Source of the DNA: an uncultured Candidatus Saccharibacteria bacterium
Lineage (GTDB): Bacteria; Patescibacteriota; Andersenbacteria; UBA10190
Assembly: GCA_964371255.1 (NCBI GenBank)
Contig: CAYJKV010000004.1
Span: 39,613-103,612 of the forward strand
Length of the DNA stretch: 64,000 nt
Direction: 5' to 3'
The position numbers and the translations under genes were made by a program. A model generated the notes under the pieces. The model was given only the letters and a program-made list of their open reading frames with translations. It was not told where the DNA came from and ran no database searches. This document shows, one piece after another, positions 8,737 through 17,898 of this stretch (the first letter of the stretch is position 1; every line of letters starts with the position of its first letter).

Positions 8737-10080
8737 ATGATAAAGGCTATTGACCGCAAAAGTTTGTTAGTGGTAGGGCTATTGATAGTAGCTATGTGGC
8801 TACGTATGTATCGAGTTGAGGTGCTAAATAGTGTGTCTAGCGATGAGAGGTTGTGGTTAATGGCAGGCGTGTCTCTCTTAAAGGAAGGAGTGCCGACAGC
8901 GTGGACAATCGAATGGCCTCAGCATAGATGGGACAAATTCTGGGAAGTAGACCATGGTGTGGTGACACCTTGGCTCGATCATCCCCCGTTATTTGCTTTG
9001 TTTGCTGGGGGATGGTCTATTTTGATGGGAGTAGACGATATTGATAAGACTAACCAAGCCGTACTACGTCTGCCGATGGTAGTGATATCAATGTTAACTA
9101 TCTATATTACATGGCTGGTGGCGAAAGATATTTTTGATGAGCAGGCGGCGCTGTTTGTGTTGGCTGTGTATACCTTTTTTCCGACCGATTTAATAGCCTC
9201 GCGCTTTATATTAGCAGAGCACTTTGTTCCGCTGTTATTAATGTTGGGTGGGTGGGGGTGGTTACGGTGGCTGAATGAGGACGATAACGGGAAAAGAAAA
9301 CGCTGGTTGGCGGTAATGCTATTGGTGTGTTTTGTGGGGCCGCTGGTTAAACTGATCGGTCTGATTGTGCCAATGACGCTGGGATTATTAGCGCTAATGC
9401 ATCGTCAGTATAAGATCACAAGCGGGTTAATAGGAGCGTGTGTTTTATCGTTGGGGACGTATCTCTTATATGCGTGGTCTTATAGTTGGGATGTTTTTGT
9501 CGGGGCGCAGACAGCTCATATGGCCAGACCACAAAACTTTAATCATTTCTGGTCGTTTTTTACTAAATTGAGTGCTGGTAATGTTTATGTTTTTGACCCG
9601 ACAATGATAATAGGATGGGCAGGCTTGTTTATGATTTTGGCAACAACGACAGATAAGCGCGTACGCAATCTCTTTTTTGCAGCGTTGTTGTCCATTTCCT
9701 TTTTTTTCCTGTACGTGGCCTCAGTGGAAAATTATGACTGGTATAAATATCCCATATATCCTTTGATAGCCATTGGAGCAGGATGGCTTTTTTATCGCAT
9801 ATATAAAGGCGACTATTGGTACCTATTTTTCTTCCTGCCTCTGTTAGTAGAAATTATGCAAAACACTGCATTGATCATAGATCAAACACAGCGTAGGACA
9901 TTAATGGCACTGCTGTACATGTTGTCTATCTTTTCGTTTTTGGTGCACGAAACTTTGTTCAAGAGAGTTTTTGTTGGTCTGATGCTATTATTGTTTTTAT
10001 TAGAAACTGTTTGGTATTTACGGATGTTGGGATTTGATTGCTCATTCAAGGATTGTTTTGCCCAAATGTTGAGAATATGA
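8737..10080 (+). CDS. PMT/ArnT-like (GT39/GT83-type) GT-C membrane glycosyltransferase
   Basis: 447 aa multipass protein. The first extracytoplasmic loop carries an acidic DE motif (SSDERLWLMAG), as in PMT/ArnT enzymes. It is translationally coupled to the downstream GT2 polyprenol-phosphate sugar synthase. Confidence 0.6.
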   Translation: MIKAIDRKSLLVVGLLIVAMWLRMYRVEVLNSVSSDERLWLMAGVSLLKEGVPTAWTIEWPQHRWDKFWEVDHGVVTPWLDHPPLFALFAGGWSILMGVDDIDKTNQAVLRLPMVVISMLTIYITWLVAKDIFDEQAALFVLAVYTFFPTDLIASRFILAEHFVPLLLMLGGWGWLRWLNEDDNGKRKRWLAVMLLVCFVGPLVKLIGLIVPMTLGLLALMHRQYKITSGLIGACVLSLGTYLLYAWSYSWDVFVGAQTAHMARPQNFNHFWSFFTKLSAGNVYVFDPTMIIGWAGLFMILATTTDKRVRNLFFAALLSISFFFLYVASVENYDWYKYPIYPLIAIGAGWLFYRIYKGDYWYLFFFLPLLVEIMQNTALIIDQTQRRTLMALLYMLSIFSFLVHETLFKRVFVGLMLLLFLLETVWYLRMLGFDCSFKDCFAQMLRI

Positions 10081-10832
10081 AAATAATCAATGGTTTGTCT
10101 GTGGTCTTGCCTGTATATAATGAGGCGACTGTCATTACAGAGACGGTGAGTAAAGTGTATGAGCACTTGCGTGTTATAGCCGATACATTCGAAATAATAT
10201 TGGTTAATGACGGATCGGACGATGGTACAGCCATGAAGTTGAAAGAACTGCAGCAGAAACTAACAAACTTGAGAGTGCTGGAGCATGAGCAGAACCGGGG
10301 ATATGGTGAAGCACTAAGGACTGGTTTTGATGCGGCGCAGCAGGAATGGATTTTTCAGATGGACTCGGATGGACAGTTTGATATTACGGAAATAGATCGA
10401 TTTATCGAAGAGATAGATAATTTTGATGTGATAGTAGGCTATCGGAGCAAGCGCGCTGATGTTTGGCCGCGGGCTGTGTTGACTTGGGGATATATGACTT
10501 TAGTAAGGAAGCTGTTTGGGTTGAAGGTGAGGGACGTGGGGTGCGCTTTCAAGCTTTTTAAACGAGATAATTGGGAACGAGTTCAACCGATTGTGGCTGC
10601 TGATCACAAGATCTTCTTGGTGGAATGGATAGGGAGATTGCAGGATTTGAAAGTGAGAATAAAGGAATTGCCGGTGAGGCATTTTAAGAGAGTAGGCGGT
10701 CGGCCAACCGGGGCGAGGCTTGACGTGGTGTGGGCAACAATAAAGGAATTGACAAGTTTAAAGCTAGGGAATATGCGTCTCTTGAAAAGGGGCAGAAGTA
10801 GAGATAGCAATATGGATACAGGTGAGGCTTGA
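10077..10832 (+). CDS. GT2 polyprenol-phosphate mannose/glucose synthase (Dpm1/Ppm1-like)
   Basis: LSVVLPVYNEATVI...ILVNDGSDDGT...EHEQNRGYGEALRTGF...QMDSDGQ is the classic GT2 DxD/Dpm1 signature. The ATG at 10077 overlaps the upstream gene's stop. Confidence 0.8.
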   Translation: MKIINGLSVVLPVYNEATVITETVSKVYEHLRVIADTFEIILVNDGSDDGTAMKLKELQQKLTNLRVLEHEQNRGYGEALRTGFDAAQQEWIFQMDSDGQFDITEIDRFIEEIDNFDVIVGYRSKRADVWPRAVLTWGYMTLVRKLFGLKVRDVGCAFKLFKRDNWERVQPIVAADHKIFLVEWIGRLQDLKVRIKELPVRHFKRVGGRPTGARLDVVWATIKELTSLKLGNMRLLKRGRSRDSNMDTGEA

Positions 10833-10882
10833 TTGGTGACGGCAAAGACGGATAAATTTAGTACAATAGATAAGAGCAGAAT

Positions 10883-12241
10883 ATGGTTGGATTAAAAAAT
10901 GTTTCGTTGCTGGATGTGGTCATCATGTCTTTGGCGTTAGGTTGTTTTTATTGGGGGACCTTTTATTATGCTTGGAACAGGACGGTGGCCATGCTTATTG
11001 TCGGGGTAGGTTTGCTGCTAATGTATGAGTTTTTAAGAAGATGGTCAGCCAAGGAGCAGTCGTTGATAAGTTATACTTGGGTGTCGCTAGTGGTTATTGC
11101 GACACTTGGATTGATAGTGAGGTGGCTACTGATAGATATAGTTAGTTATGACATGATCACATTTTTTATCCCCTGGTACGACTATATTGTGGCAAAGGGT
11201 GGCTGGTCGGCACTTGGTTCTAAGGTAGGAGGATATAGCCCCTTTTATTCTTATTTTTTAGCTTTAGCTACTTATTTGCCGGTAAGTAAAGTAGTGGCCA
11301 TCAAAACCTTGCCGATACTATTTGATTTTGTTTTGGCGATATTTATTTATCGGATCGTGAAGCTGAAGTATGGGTCTGCGCCATTGATACCGATAATGGC
11401 TTTTGCGGCAGTAGTTTTTTTGCCGACCTTAGTGTTCAATAGTGGTGATTATGGGCAATTTGATTCGGTTTATATAGCTTTAATCTTTGGATCATTGTAT
11501 TACGCGTTATTAATTGTTGACAAAAAACACGGTTTGCAAAAGGTGTCTTGGGATAAACTTTTAGCGATAAGTTTTTTGGGACTAGCGGTTTCCGTAAAGT
11601 TGCACGCAGTGTTATTTTTAATACCTTTAATGGTTCTTTACGTTAGCCGGTATATCGAAAGGAGATTTTTTGTGCTGGTACCGCTAATTTATTTATTAAT
11701 TATTGCTCCCAGCATGGCTTTGGGCCTGCCGCTAGCTGACGCCATTAATTATCGGACGGTAGAGGTGAATTATTTTAGAGAATTAGCTTCTGGCGCTCCG
11801 ACGATTTATCAGCTACTGCCTTATTATCCGACAAATCCTTTTCAGGTGATAGGAATTTTTTCCGCTGCGATATTGGTTGTTATGATGGCACTATTAATGT
11901 CTAAGCATGAGTTCATAACCAAAGATAGTCTGATTAGAGTAACCATCGTAGCGCTTTTAGTGGTGCCTTTTATATTGCCAGCTATGAGAGAGAGGTATTT
12001 CTTACCAGCAGAAATTGCAGCAATTGTTTATGCTTTTTATTTTCCAAAGAGGTGGTGGGTGCCAGTTGTCTTGAGTACAGTGATGCTGCTGATAAGTAAC
12101 CGTCTAATCTCTTTGCCTGATGAAGTGTTTTTCAAGTGGTATCATTTGTCGTTGGTGGTTGGTTTTTTGGTGGTTGTTGTGTTGAAAGATTTTTTTATAA
12201 ACGAGGTTATCGAAGAAAAACAATTGATATTAAGACGGTGA
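10883..12241 (+). CDS. polytopic membrane protein; putative GT-C mannosyltransferase (DUF2029/GT87-like)
   Basis: 452 aa with about 11 TM helices. The conserved loop DMITFFIPWYDYIVAKGGW...GYSPFYSY resembles GT87/DUF2029 membrane glycosyltransferases. Confidence 0.45.
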   Translation: MVGLKNVSLLDVVIMSLALGCFYWGTFYYAWNRTVAMLIVGVGLLLMYEFLRRWSAKEQSLISYTWVSLVVIATLGLIVRWLLIDIVSYDMITFFIPWYDYIVAKGGWSALGSKVGGYSPFYSYFLALATYLPVSKVVAIKTLPILFDFVLAIFIYRIVKLKYGSAPLIPIMAFAAVVFLPTLVFNSGDYGQFDSVYIALIFGSLYYALLIVDKKHGLQKVSWDKLLAISFLGLAVSVKLHAVLFLIPLMVLYVSRYIERRFFVLVPLIYLLIIAPSMALGLPLADAINYRTVEVNYFRELASGAPTIYQLLPYYPTNPFQVIGIFSAAILVVMMALLMSKHEFITKDSLIRVTIVALLVVPFILPAMRERYFLPAEIAAIVYAFYFPKRWWVPVVLSTVMLLISNRLISLPDEVFFKWYHLSLVVGFLVVVVLKDFFINEVIEEKQLILRR

Positions 12242-14280
12242 GCAGTGAGGTGTACCGATTGGTGCCCTTTTGTTCCGGCTGGGCGGTGTCTTAATCTCTT
12301 GTTTAGTGTTGTTTGGTGTATTAGATAAATTAATAGCAAGGATAGCCAAGTGGCTAGAAATAACGTTACTCCCAATTGGAACAAGGGGTCTTCGTACCTA
12401 ACGAGTATATGGGTAGTGTCGGCAGGTACATTGATCATGATTGGTCCATAGGCAGGAACAACTCGGCCAATCTTCCTGTCGTCAAAGTAGACGACGTAAC
12501 GGGGCAGGGGCGCGATATTAACAATTAACTGATGGGGGGTGTGGTCGGTGGGGTAAATGTTAACTTCATTGACACGAAATTCGTGAGGAACAGTCTTTTT
12601 TGGCTCGGTTGGACTATAGACATACGGTAGGGCATTGGTATTCTCGTAGAGGAGTATTGCCTCGTCTTGATAGAGTGGTTTTAGTTGGGCGTGCTGGTTG
12701 AAATAATTCTGGGCATTAATATTGTTGCGAGTAATAAGATAACGAACGCTCCAGGAGGATAAATAGTCTAGCAGGTCTTTGTCTGGAAATCCTAGAAAGA
12801 CCGCTTTTGCATCCAAGTATAAGGTTAGTTCGTAGTTAATTTTGGCAATCAAGGTGTCATAACCGGCGAAATCATTTAGTCCATAGAGTGAGGCAAAGTT
12901 ATATGTCGTGAAGGAGTAGTCTTCGTAGTCCAATTTATCTACAAAAGAAAAAGTGCGTCCACGCTCAGGCCGAATGTCTTTTTGGACGATTGTTAAAGGT
13001 GAGCTGAGTTCCTTGATGCTCCAGGCCGTGTCTTTGTTATTCCATACAACCAATATGTTTATTGCAAGGGAGAGAAACACTATTGAATAAATTGCTTTTT
13101 TCCCCAGTGCCTTACTTGTTTCAGCTACAGCAGAAGCAATGCCAATGATGGCTAAGGTTAAAAAGAAGATGAAGAAAGGAACGGTTTTATGCGCTCTAGC
13201 AAAATGGCTAATGATGGGTAATTCATAAAGATAACCATACAGTGACGTGCTGAGTAGGTAGGCAATGAGAGCGATCGTGCCATATAATGGCGTTCTGTGG
13301 GCTTTGGTTCGATGTCTGATTTTACGAACAAAAAGCAGAAGCAATAGAGCAAGATTGAATATCCCAACATAATATATGGAAGAGTTGGCTTTCCAAAGTG
13401 TTTGAGGGTGGTATTTAAATAGTTGTGCGTCTGTAAATGTTTTCAGTCTTGTAGGAAAAGACGAAAAGTCTGTTTTGGAGAGTGGTGTTGATCTGAAGTA
13501 AGAATTTATTTGAGCTTCATACATTGGTAATAGCAGTGGCGTGGACGCTAGCAAAAAAATCATTATGGAGAGCAAATATAGAGTCAATAAACTAACCGCA
13601 GGCTTAATTTCCCCCCGGTCTATTTTCTTGAGCATGATTGTGATAACGATCAAAAGTTCAAAAAATAATACCCAGAATGTATGCTCAACGTAACTGCCAA
13701 AGAAGAACCAGAGTTTTGGCAAGGTAAGCAGGACGGCAGATTTAATTTGCGGTTTAGTAGTAAATATGTTCAATAGCAGGAAATTGAGCGGGAGATATAA
13801 TATAAGATTGTTATCGGGAGGCCAAACTGCCCCAAGGGTTACAAGGTAGGGATATGTGCTCCAGACAAGAGAGCCTAGTAGGCACAGGGCTGGCGGTGTT
13901 TTGAGTTGTTTAAGAAACAAGAACATGACGACTGCTCCGGCGAGTCGGTAGAGGATCGCCATGATTTCTATAACGTGAAAAGTGTCGCTAAAAAACAACT
14001 TTGATAGTCCGAACGCGATGTATGGTAGGGGTGATAACACATTAGAGTGGGTGGACGGCAGATGTGTCTGGCCGAGACTCTGATGAAAATTAATTAAGGG
14101 TATGGTTTGGTAGTCAATGATTGAGCGCCAGTTATGTGTGTAATAAGACAAGTTGTAAGTAATACCGTCATAATTTGTAAAGAAAAGAGGGTGATTAGTT
14201 TCTAGGAAAAGCAGCCATATGCCTGTTAGCAAGATAGTGATAACTAGAAATTTGGTAATGATTAGTTTTTGTTGGGCCAT
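12142..14280 (-). CDS. large YfhO-like polytopic membrane protein with a roughly 300 aa extracytoplasmic C-terminal domain (putative glycosyltransferase)
   Basis: 712 aa with many TM helices in the N-terminal 400 aa and a soluble C-terminal domain ending in one last TM. Its 3-prime end overlaps the convergent gene by 100 bp. Confidence 0.5.
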   Translation of the reverse strand: MAQQKLIITKFLVITILLTGIWLLFLETNHPLFFTNYDGITYNLSYYTHNWRSIIDYQTIPLINFHQSLGQTHLPSTHSNVLSPLPYIAFGLSKLFFSDTFHVIEIMAILYRLAGAVVMFLFLKQLKTPPALCLLGSLVWSTYPYLVTLGAVWPPDNNLILYLPLNFLLLNIFTTKPQIKSAVLLTLPKLWFFFGSYVEHTFWVLFFELLIVITIMLKKIDRGEIKPAVSLLTLYLLSIMIFLLASTPLLLPMYEAQINSYFRSTPLSKTDFSSFPTRLKTFTDAQLFKYHPQTLWKANSSIYYVGIFNLALLLLLFVRKIRHRTKAHRTPLYGTIALIAYLLSTSLYGYLYELPIISHFARAHKTVPFFIFFLTLAIIGIASAVAETSKALGKKAIYSIVFLSLAINILVVWNNKDTAWSIKELSSPLTIVQKDIRPERGRTFSFVDKLDYEDYSFTTYNFASLYGLNDFAGYDTLIAKINYELTLYLDAKAVFLGFPDKDLLDYLSSWSVRYLITRNNINAQNYFNQHAQLKPLYQDEAILLYENTNALPYVYSPTEPKKTVPHEFRVNEVNIYPTDHTPHQLIVNIAPLPRYVVYFDDRKIGRVVPAYGPIMINVPADTTHILVRYEDPLFQLGVTLFLATWLSLLLIYLIHQTTLNKRLRHRPAGTKGHQSVHLTAHRLNINCFSSITSFIKKSFNTTTTKKPTTNDK

Positions 14281-14476
14281 ATTAATTTCTTCCCACGCTG
14301 GACAAATATCAGTTGTTAGCGTCGTCGATGTTTATTGGTCTATTTTTGGATATTGTAGCAGTGTCGAAAATCTTGTTAAAGCTAAGGGCTTCCTGTCTAG
14401 CGTGGCTGTTTATTTGAAGGGTTAGCATAGTTCTGACTGTGTAATTGAGTCTTGTAGTGCGTTGCTTTAGACTTGT

Positions 14477-15715
14477 TTGATGAGGAATGGCTTACGACTG
14501 ATCTATGTACTTTGTGGTAATGCTGCCTATAATCGTGGCGATCGGGGTAATCTACTCACCCAGCTGCGTTTGCTGCATGAGGCTTGGCCGGGCGCACAAA
14601 TCGTGATTGATTCTTATCGGCCAGAGGTTGACAGCAAGTGGTACGATGCCATCGTTATTAAGCGGGGATTTTTTTTAACTTGGCAACAATGGCAATACCT
14701 AAAACGGGCGGATGTGGTTGTTTGGGGTGGAGGAGCTTTAATTGCGGACAATTCTTGCCGGACGATTATCCCCTATTGGTTAGCCGTTATTACATTAATT
14801 AAAAAAGTCTTACGTAAACCGGTCATGGCATGGGCTCACGGGTTGGTGGTGGAGACAAAGTTAGGTGCCGTGTTAGCCAAATTAACTTTGAATCAGGTTG
14901 ATATGATAACGGTCAGAGATGGGGATAGTATGAGGACCTTGCAGCGGATTGGAGCAACTCGGCCACCACATTATTTAACAGCTGATCCAGCTATGTTAAT
15001 TAAGCCTTCGTCTTATGAGATAGGGGAAAGATTATTAATAAAAGCAGGGGTGACGTTAGGGCGAGAAAGAAAATTAGTAGCCATCAGCCTGACGTTTTGG
15101 CCTTTTTATCATAAGAGGAATGACATTATACCTTATATGTTTGCGCGGAAGCTTGGCTTAAGAGGGTCGCGGTATGCGCGTGGCTTGGCGAAGTTTAAAA
15201 AAGCAGTAACCGAGTTGATCGATAGGCTGATCGAGCGGCAATCGGTTGACGTGATTTTGATGCCAAGGTACCCCTCTGGCTTATGGGACGATTTAAAACA
15301 TTTGGATGATATCCGTCAAAGGAGTCGGTATAAAAAGAACGTGTTTATTTATCAGGGTGACGAGGTGCCGCCGGTCGATTATCTGGCTATGTGGCGGGTA
15401 TTTAATTTGGTTATTAGTGTGGCTTTGCATGACGCCTTGTTCGCTATTGCTCTTAACCGGCCATGTGTGCAGTTATATTATGAACCAAAGGGCAGGGACT
15501 TAGCCGATGAATTAGAGGCGGATGATTATATGTGCGATTGGTCAGTGTTGTTTGCAGCGGGAGGGCTAGAGCGGATAGTGGATATGGCGGATTTTGCCAT
15601 GAGCCATTCCCTTGATCAGAAAACTAACCAGGGGCTAGAGGCAATGAAGGTGAGAGCTGCACTAAACGTAGATTATTTGCGGGCAATGGTGCGAGAAAAA
15701 GGATTCCGGGCATAA
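14477..15715 (+). CDS. polysaccharide pyruvyl transferase family protein (CsaB/WcaK-like)
   Basis: The N-terminal LCGNAAYNRGDRGNLL matches the GNxGDxxI motif of PF04230 proteins. Size is 412 aa. Confidence 0.55.
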   Translation: MMRNGLRLIYVLCGNAAYNRGDRGNLLTQLRLLHEAWPGAQIVIDSYRPEVDSKWYDAIVIKRGFFLTWQQWQYLKRADVVVWGGGALIADNSCRTIIPYWLAVITLIKKVLRKPVMAWAHGLVVETKLGAVLAKLTLNQVDMITVRDGDSMRTLQRIGATRPPHYLTADPAMLIKPSSYEIGERLLIKAGVTLGRERKLVAISLTFWPFYHKRNDIIPYMFARKLGLRGSRYARGLAKFKKAVTELIDRLIERQSVDVILMPRYPSGLWDDLKHLDDIRQRSRYKKNVFIYQGDEVPPVDYLAMWRVFNLVISVALHDALFAIALNRPCVQLYYEPKGRDLADELEADDYMCDWSVLFAAGGLERIVDMADFAMSHSLDQKTNQGLEAMKVRAALNVDYLRAMVREKGFRA

Positions 15716-15729
15716 CCGGCAAGGCGTGA

Positions 15730-17034
15730 TTGTTGCTCTGGACTATGTGGTCGGTCATTAAAGAAACGTCATTGGTCAGGCATAGCGGGGTTTTGATGGC
15801 GACTGTTTTTTTAACGGGTATTTTAGGGTACATGTTTCATGCAGTGGTGGCGAGAAGGATGTCGGTCGACCAATATGGCGAACTGCAAAGTTTGTTAGCG
15901 TTATTCAATATAGTAGTAGTTTTTACTGGTTGGCTATCGTATTACGGAGTGAGATACGCGGCTGTGTTTGCGGCCGCTGGTGACAAAATAAGCAGTGGTC
16001 AGTTTTGGCGGTGGCTGGATCGGAAAGTATTGATATGGACTATTTGTTTAGGGATCGTTTTTGTGGGAGCGAGTCCGGTGGTAGGCAGCTATTTGCGGGT
16101 GAACAACTGGTGGGGATTGTTTGTGGTTGGTTTGGCAGGAGCTTTATGGTTTATGACCTTATCGAGTGTGGGAGTGCTGACGGGCTGGGAGAGTTTTTTG
16201 TTAATTGGTGGGGTGAACACCGTGGGATCTTTAGTGAAACTGTTGGCAGGGATAGGGTTGGTGGCCATAAACACACAAGCTGCAGTGGTAAGTAGCTCTT
16301 TTTTAATTTCGAGTGTAGTCGTGTGGTTACTCTTTCGCTATATATGCAAAAGAAAGTTTATTGATGGAGAAGAGGTTGCTTCGTCGGTCAGGTGGCGAGA
16401 GACGTATTTTCGAGGAAGGCATATTGGCCACGGGAAAATATTTGTAGTGCTCTTTGCGTGGTTGATGGCGGTATTATTCAGTATTGATTTGTTGGTGGTT
16501 AGACATTTGCTACCTGCTTATTTAACTGGTCAGTATGGTGCATTGAGCTTGTTGGGAAAAACTGCGATGTGGGCGAACTTAACAGTGGTAACAGCGGTTT
16601 TACCGCAAGTGCTAGCGAGGGGATACGACGGCAAAAAAATCGACCATAACACACTGAGCTTGGTTTATGGATTGCTACTTGGTATAGGGGGAGTGACAGT
16701 AACTATATATTATTGGTTTGGATCATTGGTACTTCGGATTTTGTTGGGAGGGCAATATGTTGCTTTAGCTGGTGATTTATGGCTGTTCGCGGTGATGGCG
16801 GCCGGCTTTTCTTTGTTGCATTTGGAGGCCAACTTTGCATTTGCGCGTGATGATTGGCGAATTTTACTGGTTTTGTTAGTCGTTATAGTGTTAATAATTT
16901 GGGGAATTAACATTTATCATGAGTCCATTAAACAGGCGGCGATCAGTATAATTGTTGCGTTAGTTGTTGGTTATGTCGGTGCCTTCGTCTTGAACGTGCA
17001 TAACCGGAAGCTTAGAATTGATGGGATGTTATGA
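15730..17034 (+). CDS. oligosaccharide/polysaccharide flippase (Wzx/MOP superfamily)
   Basis: 434 aa with about 12 TM helices. The N-terminal region (...ARRMSVDQYGELQSLLALFNIV) is typical of the polysaccharide biosynthesis protein family. Confidence 0.6.
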   Translation: MLLWTMWSVIKETSLVRHSGVLMATVFLTGILGYMFHAVVARRMSVDQYGELQSLLALFNIVVVFTGWLSYYGVRYAAVFAAAGDKISSGQFWRWLDRKVLIWTICLGIVFVGASPVVGSYLRVNNWWGLFVVGLAGALWFMTLSSVGVLTGWESFLLIGGVNTVGSLVKLLAGIGLVAINTQAAVVSSSFLISSVVVWLLFRYICKRKFIDGEEVASSVRWRETYFRGRHIGHGKIFVVLFAWLMAVLFSIDLLVVRHLLPAYLTGQYGALSLLGKTAMWANLTVVTAVLPQVLARGYDGKKIDHNTLSLVYGLLLGIGGVTVTIYYWFGSLVLRILLGGQYVALAGDLWLFAVMAAGFSLLHLEANFAFARDDWRILLVLLVVIVLIIWGINIYHESIKQAAISIIVALVVGYVGAFVLNVHNRKLRIDGML

Positions 17035-17804
17035 AAATAAATTTGCATAACAGAAATAATATGGCGGTGCCAGTTGGCTTATCGCCGCACGATAGTGCTT
17101 CTGATAGAGTGCATTACTGGCATATGGCCAGACAAAAAATATTAAAGAGGTGGATCAAACAATATGTTAGTAAAATAGTTCAAAAGGAAAAATTGTCCTT
17201 ACTGGATGTGGGTTGCGGCAGGGGGCTCTATCTGAAATATTTTAGCAATGATTATGACTGTGCTGGCCTAGAACCAGAGATAAGTTTGTTGAAAAAAGCG
17301 AGGATGATAAACCCGAGAGTATGGCAGGCTGGCTTGCCGTTGAAGGATGGGATTGTAAACGAAAAATTCGATATAGTCTTATTGTTAGACGTTTTGGAAC
17401 ACATTAACGATGATGTCGCTGCTCTAAAATCACTAAAACAAGTTTTAAATAATCATGGGAGAATGATTATTAACGTACCGGCGCATGGTTGGTTATGGTC
17501 AACGATAGATGAGGTCAGCGGACACAAGCGACGGTATACAATGAGCTCCATAACGAAAGTAGTGGAAGAGGCAGGTTTTTGCCTGAAACAGATTCGTTAT
17601 TGGGGATCCCTAGGTTTGCCATTGGTATTTTTACAGCGATGGCTGTGGCGAGCGCGGGGTAAGAAGGGTTATCGCATGTATACCCCCGACTTAAGAATCA
17701 ACAAGTTCTTAGGCGAATTATTGTATGGCGAATTTTGTCTGACTGAACGGATTAAATTACCTTTCGGGGTAAGCGTGATAATGGTGATAGTGCCTAAAGA
17801 TTAA
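17031..17804 (+). CDS. class I SAM-dependent methyltransferase
   Basis: LLDVGCGRGLYLKYF (motif I) and DIVLLLDVLEHI (motif II/post I). The ATGA overlap with the flippase gene indicates coupling. Confidence 0.75.
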   Translation: MKINLHNRNNMAVPVGLSPHDSASDRVHYWHMARQKILKRWIKQYVSKIVQKEKLSLLDVGCGRGLYLKYFSNDYDCAGLEPEISLLKKARMINPRVWQAGLPLKDGIVNEKFDIVLLLDVLEHINDDVAALKSLKQVLNNHGRMIINVPAHGWLWSTIDEVSGHKRRYTMSSITKVVEEAGFCLKQIRYWGSLGLPLVFLQRWLWRARGKKGYRMYTPDLRINKFLGELLYGEFCLTERIKLPFGVSVIMVIVPKD

Positions 17805-17898
17805 TCGAGGTTGCTGGTGGGAGTGATGCCAGGATAAATTTTACTTGGATTGCAGGCTAAGATAATCGGCCGGAACGTTTGTGAAGAGCTGGTACGTA

